DNA of 64,000 bases from IMG/VR virus record IMGVR_UViG_3300032270_001445, positions 1-64,000 of that record, one strand, 5' to 3'. Under the pieces are notes generated by a model. That model did not search any database. It worked only from the letters and a program-made list of their open reading frames with translations, and was not told the origin of the DNA. This document shows, in pieces, positions 19,278-29,756 of the stretch. The DNA comes from a virus. Its lineage: Duplodnaviria > Caudoviricetes. The number at the start of each line of letters is the position of its first letter. Position 1 is the first letter of the stretch. The position numbers were made by a program, and so were the translations under genes.

Positions 19278-22200
19278 ATGGCAACGGTAAGGATATTTGC
19301 AAGGCTGAAGTACGAGGGGCAAGCCGCCGCCTTCTATGACATCAGCTCCCGCGTGGACTACGAGAATTTGACGTGGGAGAGCAACAGCGAGGGCACGAGC
19401 GCAAACTCCTCAATAAAGCTTTGGACCATTCTACCGAGCTCTTCAAGCCTAGTCTATGACTACACGGGAGCAACGTTTGCGGACAAGGTCAATGCCGCAA
19501 TAGCAGACGAGTCCTTTATCATTGAGATCCCCAACAAGACCGAGGTCATCATATTTGACACTTCTACCAGCCCAGACACGGTTTTATTCTCAGGCGTTGT
19601 CACAAGGGTGTCCACGGCAAGGCAGGGTGGTTCGGTAACTCAGGATATCGAGTGCGCTGACAACACCGTAATGCTGGAAGAGCACATCATTGCCGACTAT
19701 TACGCGCCGCGAGACTCCAGGGATATTGATCTTATTTCTGGCAGCACAAACACCACATACACTCTTATTGGTCAATTTCCGCAGATTGTTGGCCAGGTTG
19801 ACGGACTCTCCGCAACGTCGCAGTCCACTGGCGGTAGCCTTTCCGATGGAACATACGAGATAAGGATTCAGGCAGAGTCAAGCACAATCCCAGGAAGGGA
19901 CGGAAACACGCCGCAACTTGGACCAGTAACAAAGCCGTACACGATCACGCTCTCCGCGGGGACAGCCACGCAAAACATAAAGGTGAAATGGAAGAGCGCG
20001 TCGAAAGCAAGCGGGCATAATGTTTACATAATTAAAACAGCGGGCTCTGGATCAGAAACGACAAGTTATCTTGCAAGGTCATCAAAGTCCCTCCTTTCGC
20101 AGATAAAGATAACTTCCGCATCTAGGAGCTCAAATGCAGTAACAATCCAGACGGAAAACCCGCACGGCCTTTCTGCTGGCGACCCAATTGTAGTGACAAT
20201 TCCGCAAACTCCTGGATTTTCTGTTTCAACAGAAGACGCAGTTGTCATAGAGTCTGTCCCGTCCTCAAACAAAATCACCTACAAGAACACTGGCGATAAC
20301 GGGTCGGCATCGACAACCAACGCATTCCTGACATCTGGAGGGGTTGCGTATATCAAGAGCTACTCCTCAACCGGATCACCATGGGAGTTGTTTTACGGGT
20401 CACCAAGGGGATATGCGGACGGCGAGATGTTTAAGCTTGACGCCTTGACGTCAACCACCGCCAGCACTGAAACGCTTGTAGGGAACTGGTTTGACGAAGG
20501 ATACTACAGAGTTGGCACTGGCGAGGACGGGATCAGGGGCCTGCTGTACCCAGTATCGCTTTTTGGTGGACTTTTTGACAAGACATGGCTTACCCAAATA
20601 GACCTTGACGTTTCATCGGAAATTGAGCCAGTAGATACCCAGTACAGATTTAGCCCATACCTCCCAGAAAGCGACACCGCAAACGCAGAGCAGTTTGGCG
20701 GAAGAACGCTAAGAAACGCACTGGACTATATATCTGAGAAGACTGGAGCGGAATACTGGATAGACAGGGGTCAACTAGACGGGGCTGGCGCCTACTCCTG
20801 CAAGCTCCACTACAGGGCGAAGACCCCAAAGGAGTTGGTTGTCAATGGTCTTTATGATGGAAACCTTGATGGCTGGACATCTAGTTCAGGATTTACCCTT
20901 CAATCCTCATCGAGCGGACCGTACGGCGCAGGTTACAGCGTTATGTCTAGTACGGCCAGCACAGCAATCGAGACAAGCGCAGCCAGCAGGGTAACGACCT
21001 CCCCTGGGCTTAAGTACTTCATTTCTGTTCGTGGGCATGTTGGCGCGCATCAAGGCAGGTGGGGTGCGCATGTTGATTGGTACAACACTGCGGGAGGGGT
21101 CATCAGCTCAACCAGCATTGGAAGCCTCACTGGTGAGTCGGTCTATGCCTGGGAAAGAATATGGAAAATAGTTGAGGCCCCGGCAAACGCCGTAAACTTT
21201 GGACTCCGGGGGTCCTGCACGGATCAGCAGAGCGGAAGCGCATCCTTCACCGACTGGAGCGCAACCCAGATAACCGGTTTAATGGGATATGGGGATTTTG
21301 AGGACTCTGTTTCATACTCCGTACCAATTTACGAGATGGAAGTTCCAACGAGCCCTGTAGAGTCTGGTGCATCGGTAAACAGGCTTCATCTTTATGCTGT
21401 ATTCAGGACCAAGGACGAAAACGGCAACAAGGTAGCTCTCACCGACCAGAGCGGGAATCCCGTTCAGTATGTCGACTACGATTTCGTTCCAGGCATATGG
21501 GCCACTAATGGAAAGATAGTAGAGGCGGCAATTACTGACGAGCGAGTGGAGACACTCGAGGATGCGGAGCTTTCTGCGGAAGGATTCTGGAAGGAGAACG
21601 GCCTCCCGATAGAGTCCTACACATTCGAAATGCGACCGTCAAGCGCCAACGGGACAGCGTATCCAGTTCCTGAGGTCGGCGACGTTATCCCGTTCCTCTG
21701 GACGCTTCTCGGGGTTGCGAAGCCGCTGATCGTTAAGGCGGTCCAGGCAAGAATGATGGGAATGGACGTTGTTTATACAATTACTGTTGGTGGTGACATC
21801 AGGCTGCAAAGAAGTGCGTTTATCAGGCTAAGCGAAAAGATCAAGGAGCTTGACCAGGTAAACCCAATTCCGCCAAGGCCCGAGACTCCGTCTAGTATTT
21901 CCGTTTCCGCAAATGACAAATCGGTATCCCTCGCCTGGACATTCGACCAAGACGTTGAGGTCAACAAAAACCTTGCGTCTTTCGAGGTCCAGAGGCAGGA
22001 CGCAATATACAAGGACATCTCAAGTGTATCCAGGTCCGGAAGCACAGTAACAGTCAACACCTCTGACTCCCATGGTCTTGTTGCAAACGATGTTGTAAGG
22101 ATAGAAATTGAAACCATAGACGAAACCTTACTTACGTTAAACGGTCAGTGGCTTGTTAGCCAGACATACACAAACAGCTTTGAGTATGTTTGCCTTGAGA

Positions 22201-25200
22201 GCGGCACAGTAGAGGAATCCGAAGTAGACGGACTTGCCTATTACGCCTTCAACGACTTTAGAACAATTCAAAATACAAATGCCACATATGTGAACGACTC
22301 TGGATTGATACCTGCTCTTGGGTATAGGTACAGGGTTCGCGCCATATCAACCAACGGAACTTTTAGCGGATACTCGGAAGCAACCGCGCCAATTTCTCCT
22401 AATACAGTATCACCCGAGCTTCAGGACGGTTCTGTTTCAATAGAAAAACTTGAGTCAAGCCTTAGACCGTTGCAAATCATTAGCGGCCTCAATCTGCCAG
22501 ATATAGAAAATATTGCATCCCTAAGATCTATTTACCCTGAGGGAATGATTGTTTACCACCTCGGCGGGACACCACCAGGACTGAGGAAGGTCGCTGTCGG
22601 GGGCACTTCATGGGAAAACGCAATTAATACCGCAGACATTGTTCTTAATTCAATTACCAGCGGATTGATATCCTCTGCGGGAATTGACGCTGGTGTCATA
22701 AAGTCTGGAAAGATAACTATCGACTCAAGGTGGGGCGCAACCCTCGGTACAACAACCGCTGTCTACAAGCATAAGTCCGGTACTGCCGCAACATTGTGGA
22801 CCGGAACTACGGCCGGGGTTGCGGCAGGGAACCTGGCAATCATTGCTGGGGTCGGCGCAGGCTTCGACGGATCAAGGACCATTTCAGCGATAGATGTCCC
22901 CACGTCCAGGAAGGTGAAAAACGGCACCACGGGCGCTCTAAGTCTTGAAAACAAGCACGGGATCTCGCCTGGAGATCTCCTTACGATAGCAGGCGTAGAC
23001 GCGTCAATGAATCTTACTGGTGTTCCTGTTTCACATACAGACGAGTGGATTACCCATAAAACAAAGTGGGGAAGCCTCTCCTCCCTTAGATCGCTTCAGT
23101 GGCACCCGTTCGCATCAGGAGACCTAGTTACGGTACTAAATTCGGACGTTGATGCAAATGTTACAGACGTAGCAATCTCAAGCATTAGCAGCGCGATATC
23201 GCTAAAGGCACAAGGAGTTCCTGCTGCGGGCGGAACAGATCTTTCCCCGACGGCGGGAACGGATACATACGGAACCCTTGTATCGACAGCGCCCCACTCG
23301 ATTCTTCCAGGGGATATTGTAAATGTCTCAAACACATCGACCATGGATGGATCGTCTCGGGTTGCTTACGATTACGGCTCTGAGATTGAGTCTTTTGCAA
23401 GGGTTGGCAATGTCGCAACGGTAAGAACAAAGAGATATCACGGTATTTCCGCAGCGGAATCGATAAAGGTTTCCGGTCTCGGGGTGGCATTAAATTCTGG
23501 AACAACGGCAACAAGAACCAACCTTGAGGTTATAAGGACTCAGTCATATACGGTCTCAACAGCAACACCAGCAGCACCGAGCGTTCAGGCGGCAAACATA
23601 TCGGCAAACACGTCAGGCTCGGTAATGACAGTATCGATGCCTCAGGCATCATTGGCCATAGGTGACCTGGTAGCGGTTACTGTTGGTTCGGATACGGCAA
23701 CAAGCATAACCAATGGAGTAGCATTTGTAGGATCTGTTTCAACAAATTTTGCTGGCTCTACTACCGGAACGGCCAGCCTTCCCGTGACAGCCAAGGGCGA
23801 CGTAGTTCTTGTATACGCAGCGTCAGACGGCTCCCTGCCGTCAACGTCTTCTGCTGGGTGGACTGAGCTTCAATCAATGACGAATGGTAGCCACTATGCG
23901 AAGTTGTGGGCAAAAACTATGGGCGACACTCCAGACACGTCACTTGCTGTTACCGGTATCTCCACAGCAAGCGCTTCAATCGCTCGGGCATACAGAAACT
24001 GCACAGTTCAAACAAGTGCTCAGCAGCTTGCGTCAACTGGCATGCCGGACTCTCCTTCGGTTTCGGTTTCCATTGAAAATTCAGCGGTTGTTGCGTTTGG
24101 AAGCCTTGATGACGATGGAATCTCTTCATCCGCCCCCACTGGCTTTGCAAACTATTTAGGAATCCAGTCAAGTTTGCCGGGAACCACCGTGGTCAATGTA
24201 TACTCTGCAGACAGCCTGGTAAACCCTGTGGGCGCCTTGAATCCAGCCATTTGGCCGGGAACGGGCACCGACGACAACGCCGCCGCTACTGTACTTTTGG
24301 CGCCACTATCTAGCTGGCAGCGTATTGCAACTCTTCCAACAGATCCCGGGGCAGCAATTTTTGTTTACCCAGTAGCATCGCTTCCAGTTCCAGACCTTGT
24401 GGTTTCAGGGTTTACCGCTCTGGCAACTGCTGCAGTTGGAATGATATTTAGACCGGCATCGGGGAGGACGATAGCCTACACGACCCCAGCAACAACTGAC
24501 TCATTGACGACAAACGGAGACCCTAATCCCCCTGCGACAACAACACCGATAGCAAATTCCATGGTGGTTGCAGCCATCGCGCAGGATGATACCCCTCAGA
24601 CATACACCGCTCCAGCTGGATACTCAAATCTTAGGCAGGCCTCATCTGGTACTGGGACCTCAAGCGTCAGCGTTGCAATGGCGACCAAGATTGTTGTTGG
24701 GTCTGGAGTTTCCGAGGACCCAGGGGTATTTGACGGTGTGACGAACGAAACATACGGAGCGTTTACGTTTGCCGTATACGACAACAGCACTGAGAAGAGA
24801 TATGGGATAATTTCCACCGCCCAGCCGAACGGATTTATCCCCGGCGACTTCGTGGAAATTGCAGCAACCAGCGCCACCTACAACGGTTCAAGAAAGGTAT
24901 TGTCAAACCAGGTTTCAGTAACATCGTACTCGGTAACCAGTAACGTTGTCACCTGCGTGACCGACAAGCCGCACGGATTTATTAACGACGACACCGTTTC
25001 AGTTTCCGGGCTTGGCGCACCATATGACGGCTTTTTCCTTGCAACATCTATTGCTACGACAGGAAATCCACTTACATTCAGCTACTCCCTGACAACCGCA
25101 AATGTTGCGAGCAAACCCTCCTCGGGCACGGCGACAAACGGAAAAATGTTTACCGTTGCACTAGCTTCTGGGGCAAATACTTCGATCGTCACGACTACGG

Positions 25201-26531
25201 GAACCGCGACAAATAGATCAACTGTTACCTATGGTATGACAGTTTCAGGTGGAACCGCAGGATCTCCTGTCACGCTTGTTCCAATTGGCACCATAGTTTC
25301 TGGTGCCAAAATAGACAATGGGAAGACTATTGTAATATCTGGATTGACTGCAGCGAATCAGGCTCTTGCCTCTGCTGGCGCTGGCGCTGATGCAAACAAC
25401 TACAGGACAATCAACTACACGCATCCGTCGTCTACCTCAACTCCATACTCGCTCGTTCAGCTCACAAGCTCGACCAACGCAGATGGCTATGGAAACGCAA
25501 CTACGGGCAAGACAATCAGGATTGCAGGCATTTCATCTGGGGATATTTCACCCCAAAGTGACACAAACGGTACGGTGGCAAACGGGAAGGTCATAAGATT
25601 TACTGGCGGAAGCGGAAATGTGGCATTTGCGCAGGTTACGCCTGCCGGATCAATCGAGACGAAGTCAGACACTAATGCCATACAGTCACCGAACTTTACC
25701 GTTGACTTTAATGGAAATGTTACTGCTTCAAGCATAGATATCACGGGTGGCGCATTTACCGGCGGTTCAATAGATCTTGGAAACGGAACGTTTACTGTTG
25801 ACAACAGTGGTTCCGTTTCAGCAAGCGACATATCTATTACTGATGGGTTCATAAACCTTGGCGGAGAGTTTGTTGCCTATACCACCGGAGAGGTTCAGGC
25901 CACAAACATGAACATTACCGGTGGCGGGATAAACATCGGGAGCGGAAAATTTGTCGTCAACGGATCGGGTGAAATGACCGCAGTTGGGCCAATTCTTGAT
26001 AATCTGGTAATTAACCCGGACGGAGAGCCAGCGCTTCTAGTTTCAGCAAACGCTGCCGAGGGGGACTTTGCGGTTCCTACCAACAATAGGATCGACCTTG
26101 GGCATTGGGCTGCGGGTAGTCCGGGGACGTTTACGCCAAGATTGAGAGTTAACAGCTCGGGAAACACGCAGGCAAGCGGGTCAATTACTGGAGGTCAAAC
26201 ACTAACCGCTTCGGATATTAACTACAAGCACAGCATAGAGGAGTACTCGATAGACCCTTCGTCAATCGATAAGATAAATTTGTATTCTTTTGAATGGAAC
26301 AATCAGAAGATCAAGGATGATGGTTACATTGGCGGGGGCGATGGCAGGGTTATTGGTGTTATCGCCCAGGAGATTGAAGAGCATCTACCAGTTGCGTTTT
26401 CTCCGGCAGACAGTGATTCAATGGCCACCGTAAGCACTCAGCACCTTATCTACGCACTGATCGAGACATCAAAAGACCTTAGGGCTAGGCTTGAGCGTGC
26501 AGAAAAGAAAATAGCAGAACTAGAAGGCTAG
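19278..26531 (+). CDS. tail tip/central fibre protein with CBM-like, FN3, repeated beta domains and C-terminal intramolecular chaperone (peptidase S74-like)
   Basis: Follows TMP; LVVNGLYDGNLDGW CBM-like start; PETPSSISVSANDKSVSLAW...YRYRVRAISTNGTFSGYS FN3; SDINYKHSIE...YSFEWN...GVIAQEIEE...LIETSKDL coiled-coil end. Confidence 0.8.
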   Translation: MATVRIFARLKYEGQAAAFYDISSRVDYENLTWESNSEGTSANSSIKLWTILPSSSSLVYDYTGATFADKVNAAIADESFIIEIPNKTEVIIFDTSTSPDTVLFSGVVTRVSTARQGGSVTQDIECADNTVMLEEHIIADYYAPRDSRDIDLISGSTNTTYTLIGQFPQIVGQVDGLSATSQSTGGSLSDGTYEIRIQAESSTIPGRDGNTPQLGPVTKPYTITLSAGTATQNIKVKWKSASKASGHNVYIIKTAGSGSETTSYLARSSKSLLSQIKITSASRSSNAVTIQTENPHGLSAGDPIVVTIPQTPGFSVSTEDAVVIESVPSSNKITYKNTGDNGSASTTNAFLTSGGVAYIKSYSSTGSPWELFYGSPRGYADGEMFKLDALTSTTASTETLVGNWFDEGYYRVGTGEDGIRGLLYPVSLFGGLFDKTWLTQIDLDVSSEIEPVDTQYRFSPYLPESDTANAEQFGGRTLRNALDYISEKTGAEYWIDRGQLDGAGAYSCKLHYRAKTPKELVVNGLYDGNLDGWTSSSGFTLQSSSSGPYGAGYSVMSSTASTAIETSAASRVTTSPGLKYFISVRGHVGAHQGRWGAHVDWYNTAGGVISSTSIGSLTGESVYAWERIWKIVEAPANAVNFGLRGSCTDQQSGSASFTDWSATQITGLMGYGDFEDSVSYSVPIYEMEVPTSPVESGASVNRLHLYAVFRTKDENGNKVALTDQSGNPVQYVDYDFVPGIWATNGKIVEAAITDERVETLEDAELSAEGFWKENGLPIESYTFEMRPSSANGTAYPVPEVGDVIPFLWTLLGVAKPLIVKAVQARMMGMDVVYTITVGGDIRLQRSAFIRLSEKIKELDQVNPIPPRPETPSSISVSANDKSVSLAWTFDQDVEVNKNLASFEVQRQDAIYKDISSVSRSGSTVTVNTSDSHGLVANDVVRIEIETIDETLLTLNGQWLVSQTYTNSFEYVCLESGTVEESEVDGLAYYAFNDFRTIQNTNATYVNDSGLIPALGYRYRVRAISTNGTFSGYSEATAPISPNTVSPELQDGSVSIEKLESSLRPLQIISGLNLPDIENIASLRSIYPEGMIVYHLGGTPPGLRKVAVGGTSWENAINTADIVLNSITSGLISSAGIDAGVIKSGKITIDSRWGATLGTTTAVYKHKSGTAATLWTGTTAGVAAGNLAIIAGVGAGFDGSRTISAIDVPTSRKVKNGTTGALSLENKHGISPGDLLTIAGVDASMNLTGVPVSHTDEWITHKTKWGSLSSLRSLQWHPFASGDLVTVLNSDVDANVTDVAISSISSAISLKAQGVPAAGGTDLSPTAGTDTYGTLVSTAPHSILPGDIVNVSNTSTMDGSSRVAYDYGSEIESFARVGNVATVRTKRYHGISAAESIKVSGLGVALNSGTTATRTNLEVIRTQSYTVSTATPAAPSVQAANISANTSGSVMTVSMPQASLAIGDLVAVTVGSDTATSITNGVAFVGSVSTNFAGSTTGTASLPVTAKGDVVLVYAASDGSLPSTSSAGWTELQSMTNGSHYAKLWAKTMGDTPDTSLAVTGISTASASIARAYRNCTVQTSAQQLASTGMPDSPSVSVSIENSAVVAFGSLDDDGISSSAPTGFANYLGIQSSLPGTTVVNVYSADSLVNPVGALNPAIWPGTGTDDNAAATVLLAPLSSWQRIATLPTDPGAAIFVYPVASLPVPDLVVSGFTALATAAVGMIFRPASGRTIAYTTPATTDSLTTNGDPNPPATTTPIANSMVVAAIAQDDTPQTYTAPAGYSNLRQASSGTGTSSVSVAMATKIVVGSGVSEDPGVFDGVTNETYGAFTFAVYDNSTEKRYGIISTAQPNGFIPGDFVEIAATSATYNGSRKVLSNQVSVTSYSVTSNVVTCVTDKPHGFINDDTVSVSGLGAPYDGFFLATSIATTGNPLTFSYSLTTANVASKPSSGTATNGKMFTVALASGANTSIVTTTGTATNRSTVTYGMTVSGGTAGSPVTLVPIGTIVSGAKIDNGKTIVISGLTAANQALASAGAGADANNYRTINYTHPSSTSTPYSLVQLTSSTNADGYGNATTGKTIRIAGISSGDISPQSDTNGTVANGKVIRFTGGSGNVAFAQVTPAGSIETKSDTNAIQSPNFTVDFNGNVTASSIDITGGAFTGGSIDLGNGTFTVDNSGSVSASDISITDGFINLGGEFVAYTTGEVQATNMNITGGGINIGSGKFVVNGSGEMTAVGPILDNLVINPDGEPALLVSANAAEGDFAVPTNNRIDLGHWAAGSPGTFTPRLRVNSSGNTQASGSITGGQTLTASDINYKHSIEEYSIDPSSIDKINLYSFEWNNQKIKDDGYIGGGDGRVIGVIAQEIEEHLPVAFSPADSDSMATVSTQHLIYALIETSKDLRARLERAEKKIAELEG

Positions 26532-26594
26532 AAACAGCTTGCTGTGAACTGTATACTAACATTGCTCCAGACGGGGCTATAGTTAGGGGGTTTC

Positions 26595-27218
26595 ATGAAG
26601 TTCAAGGTAAAGTCTCAGCTTGACCACGAGGAAAAGGGCGGAATTCTTGACGACTGCGGGCCATCAAGTGTAGCCGCCGCTGTTTCCTGGGTTTTTCAGT
26701 ACGAAGCGGGCAAGGATTTCTCTGCAGCGCAGGGCATCGCCGCCAAGGAAAAGGCAACCGGGCACAAGGATAAGCAAGGGGTCTCAGACAACGGATCTTC
26801 CCTTGGAGACCTCATGAAGGCCGCCAGGGTGCTTGGTGCTAATGCCCGCTTTGCAAAGGACTGGTCTGATGTTGTGAAGAGCTGCGAGAATGGCGCCGCT
26901 CTGATTGTTTGGGTTCAGCAGCCAATCGGATATCCCAAGGAGTTAGAGGTTAGCGCCTGGCACGCAGGCTGGGCATCTTACTGGTCCAAGAAGGACAAGA
27001 CGCACATCACTCAGGGATATGGTCACATGACCGCCGCCGCATGGGATGCGGTTGAGGGGTGGCAGTGGGCCTGTCCAACGCGATCAGGCAAGGGCAAGGA
27101 GCAGTTCGGCGTCAAGGTTACAGAGGCCCAGCTGAAGGCAATTGCCGACTCAAAGCGTGCCTCCGGCGAGCACAATGCCCCTCCGTTCCAGCACGTCATC
27201 ATCATAGAGAAGAAGTAG
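26595..27218 (+). CDS. endolysin, C39-like cysteine peptidase
   Basis: SQLD...DDCGPSSVAAA catalytic Cys motif, YGHMTAA His; upstream of holin. Confidence 0.7.
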   Translation: MKFKVKSQLDHEEKGGILDDCGPSSVAAAVSWVFQYEAGKDFSAAQGIAAKEKATGHKDKQGVSDNGSSLGDLMKAARVLGANARFAKDWSDVVKSCENGAALIVWVQQPIGYPKELEVSAWHAGWASYWSKKDKTHITQGYGHMTAAAWDAVEGWQWACPTRSGKGKEQFGVKVTEAQLKAIADSKRASGEHNAPPFQHVIIIEKK

Positions 27219-27233
27219 AGAGGATTTTGAATA

Positions 27234-27611
27234 ATGATTAAGAACGCAGTTCTTTGGCTTGTGAACAACACTGGTATTGACGAGATGCTTTTGGAGGCCG
27301 CAAGAGCCTTCCTTGCCGTCTCAATCGCGGTTGCCCTTGGGTTGGGCGTGCCGCTTCTTGATATCTCTGACGGGGACTTCCGAATGGTTATGTCGGCCGG
27401 TCTTGCTGCGTGCCTCCAGGTAATCGTGCGAGCCCTCAACCCGGAGGACGCAAAGTTTGGCGTCGGCAAGGCAAAGGCCTTTAAGGCGGAGCAGAATTCC
27501 ACCTCCCACATCTCAGGGTCGGCGATCGACACCGATGGTGACGGGATCGCGGACGAGCTTGCTGGTAGCCTGGCGAACGAAGCGTATGAAGACGACGCAT
27601 CACAGAAGTAA
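27234..27611 (+). CDS. holin
   Basis: Two hydrophobic helices, RALNPED.KFGVG motif common in actinophage-type holins; follows endolysin. Confidence 0.7.
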   Translation: MIKNAVLWLVNNTGIDEMLLEAARAFLAVSIAVALGLGVPLLDISDGDFRMVMSAGLAACLQVIVRALNPEDAKFGVGKAKAFKAEQNSTSHISGSAIDTDGDGIADELAGSLANEAYEDDASQK

Positions 27612-27667
27612 TCTGCTATACTCAGAAAACGGTCAATTGACCGAGTTTTTGAGAAGGGGTATAAAGA

Positions 27668-27817
27668 ATGTCAGGAAAGAAGATCGCAAAGAAGCCAGTA
27701 GCAAAGAAGCCTGCTGCGAAGCCGAAGCCTGCTGCAAAGCCTGCCAAGAAGGCTCCCGCGAAAAAGAATGCGGTAGCTAAGGGCGGCGGGATTCTAGGCA
27801 AGATTTTCGGTAAGTAA
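27668..27817 (+). CDS. 49-aa Lys/Ala/Pro-rich histone-H1-like peptide
   Basis: Read manually: MSGKKIAKKPVAKKPAAKPKPAAKPAKKAPAKKNAVAKGGGILGKIFGK; AGAAGGGG RBS; below ORF-track cutoff. Confidence 0.7.
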   Translation: MSGKKIAKKPVAKKPAAKPKPAAKPAKKAPAKKNAVAKGGGILGKIFGK

Positions 27818-27820
27818 TAC

Positions 27821-27882
27821 GAGGGGGCCCGAGACCCCTCCCACAAGAGGCCCTGGTGTCGCCCCACCAGGGCCTCTTTATT
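27821..27882 (+). terminator. tandem hairpins/terminator after H1-like gene
   Basis: GAGGGG..CCCCTC and 14-bp stem AAGAGGCCCTGGTG/CACCAGGGCCTCTT followed by TATTT. Confidence 0.6.
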
Positions 27883-27979
27883 TCCACCAACACATCCGTG
27901 TATGTATGTGGACAACTATTCGCGTAGGTGTTATGCTTACACTGCAGGGAACGTCCTGCCGAATAGACAAGGAGAAGAT

Positions 27980-28234
27980 ATGTCCGTAGACGAGATCTTG
28001 GACGAAATGAGGAGCAGCTTCGTTAAGAAGGGGCCTCAGTGCAGCGTTGGGCTGATCTTCACGTCGCTCGGTGGCGATGAACGGGAGGCTTTGGAAAAGG
28101 CGCTGTTGGACTCAACCATTGAGCTTGTTGCCGTCTCTAGATGGCTGCTCAAGAACGGGCATGACGCCAAGCCGCATACGCTTGGGCGCCATCGCCGAAA
28201 GGAATGTCGGTGCGATCAATGGCTAACCCGCTAG
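27980..28234 (+). CDS. small Cys/His protein preceding metallophosphoesterase
   Basis: AAGGAG RBS, ATG 27980; GPQCSV...HRRKECRC pattern. Confidence 0.65.
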   Translation: MSVDEILDEMRSSFVKKGPQCSVGLIFTSLGGDEREALEKALLDSTIELVAVSRWLLKNGHDAKPHTLGRHRRKECRCDQWLTR

Positions 28235-29424
28235 ACGACATAAAGGCGGTTCAGAGCGAACTGCAGGCTGAAAGAAAGCCAAAGCGTCAACACGCAGAGG
28301 GCTGGGAGCCAGGGGTGTCGTGGAATGGCAACGAGGGAACAGTCACGACAAATGGCATGCCCGCAGAGAATGCACCAGACTGGGACACCGTTCTTCGCGT
28401 GTGGGGCCTAGACCCTGCAGGCTTTGAGGTTGTAGAGCCGGTCCTCTTTAACGTCTGGGGTGACACTCTTGGGGTGTTAAACCGCCAGTGGAAGGGCAAG
28501 GTTGTCCGCAAGACTGCCGAGATGGGCGCTGATGTTCAGGACATTATTGAAGAGATAAGGAAGCACAAGTTTGCCCGTCCAGTCGTCTCGGAGAATGGCT
28601 CCGCTCTTGTGGTTGCCATATCCGACCTCCAGCTTGGCAAGGGGGAGAACGGCGGAAGCCTAAAGATCGCAGGGAGATTCCTTGCCGGGATCAACGAGGT
28701 AGAGGCGAGATGGAAGGAGCTGAGGAAGCTTGGCGCACCTCTATCGAAACTCATCGTTGTTGGCCTCGGGGACATTATTGAAAACTGTGACGGCCACTAC
28801 GACATGCAGGCATTCCAGGCGGACCTAGACCGAAGGGAGCAGGTAACTGTTGCAAGGCGCCTTATTACTAAGGCGCTGACCCAGTGGTCAAAGTTTGCCC
28901 CAGAGGTCCTTGTTGCCTGCGTTCCTGGCAACCACGGGGAAAACAGGAAGAACGGCAAGGCGTTCACGACGTTCGGCGACAACGATGACGTGGCAGTATT
29001 TGAGCAGGTCGCCGAGATACTTGCAGCAAACCCAGAGGCATATGGGCACGTAAAGTTCATTATCCCAAAGAACGATCTCACCGTCACGCTGGACGTGTAC
29101 GGGACGATCATTGCCCTCGCCCACGGCCATCAGGCGCGTAGGGGCGGCGGAAACGCGACTGGGAAGATTGAGAACTGGTGGGCACGACAGGCGCTTGGGA
29201 TGCAGCCGATATCGGACGCAACCCTGCTCCTTACGGGGCACTACCATCATCTTGCCCTTGCAACGCACGGAGCGAGAACGCACATACAGGCGCCAAGCCT
29301 TGATGGCGGATCTCAGTGGTACAAGGAAGTTGCTGGCGTTGACGCGCCCACTGGAATGCTGACGCTAGTCGTTGGCAATTTTGGGTGGGATGACCTAAAA
29401 GTTCTTAGGTGCAGGATCGATTAA
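28219..29424 (+). CDS. calcineurin-like metallophosphoesterase
   Basis: SDLQLG, GLGDIIE, PGNHGE, AHGH, GHYH motifs in the correct order. Confidence 0.85.
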   Translation: MANPLDDIKAVQSELQAERKPKRQHAEGWEPGVSWNGNEGTVTTNGMPAENAPDWDTVLRVWGLDPAGFEVVEPVLFNVWGDTLGVLNRQWKGKVVRKTAEMGADVQDIIEEIRKHKFARPVVSENGSALVVAISDLQLGKGENGGSLKIAGRFLAGINEVEARWKELRKLGAPLSKLIVVGLGDIIENCDGHYDMQAFQADLDRREQVTVARRLITKALTQWSKFAPEVLVACVPGNHGENRKNGKAFTTFGDNDDVAVFEQVAEILAANPEAYGHVKFIIPKNDLTVTLDVYGTIIALAHGHQARRGGGNATGKIENWWARQALGMQPISDATLLLTGHYHHLALATHGARTHIQAPSLDGGSQWYKEVAGVDAPTGMLTLVVGNFGWDDLKVLRCRID

Positions 29425-29756
29425 CGCTCAAGCCTCTCTGCCCTAAGAAGCAGGTGATGACGAATGGCCTCGAAGTCCAGTCCAATGACTCGGAACTCGA
29501 GGCCATTTGTTTCCAGCCTGTCGTTGACTTTTGGCTTTTCTCTTCCCTCAAGATAGGGAGTCCAAAACCTATACACCTGTCGCGAGGTCGGTCCGGTTGC
29601 GGTTGCGTTATCTCGGCTGCCATCCTCACGGAGCGACTGGTAGTGGCAGTTCTTGACCCATATGATCTCGTCAGTGGTAATCGGCGTACCGTCTGCCGCC
29701 TGGCTGGCAGTCCCCTTCCTCTTCAGCGTGACCCGAGCCATGGCTCCTGGGATCAT
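29421..29756 (-). CDS. head-tail adaptor/head closure protein
   Basis: 111 aa downstream of connector gene; KVNDRLETNGLEFRVIG pattern. Confidence 0.6.
   Translation of the reverse strand: MIPGAMARVTLKRKGTASQAADGTPITTDEIIWVKNCHYQSLREDGSRDNATATGPTSRQVYRFWTPYLEGREKPKVNDRLETNGLEFRVIGLDFEAIRHHLLLRAERLER

Noticed and set aside
9010-26167. Numerous antisense and alternate-frame ORFs within TMP and tail-tip genes
   Set aside because: Shadow ORFs of long coding genes, no RBS or recognisable motifs
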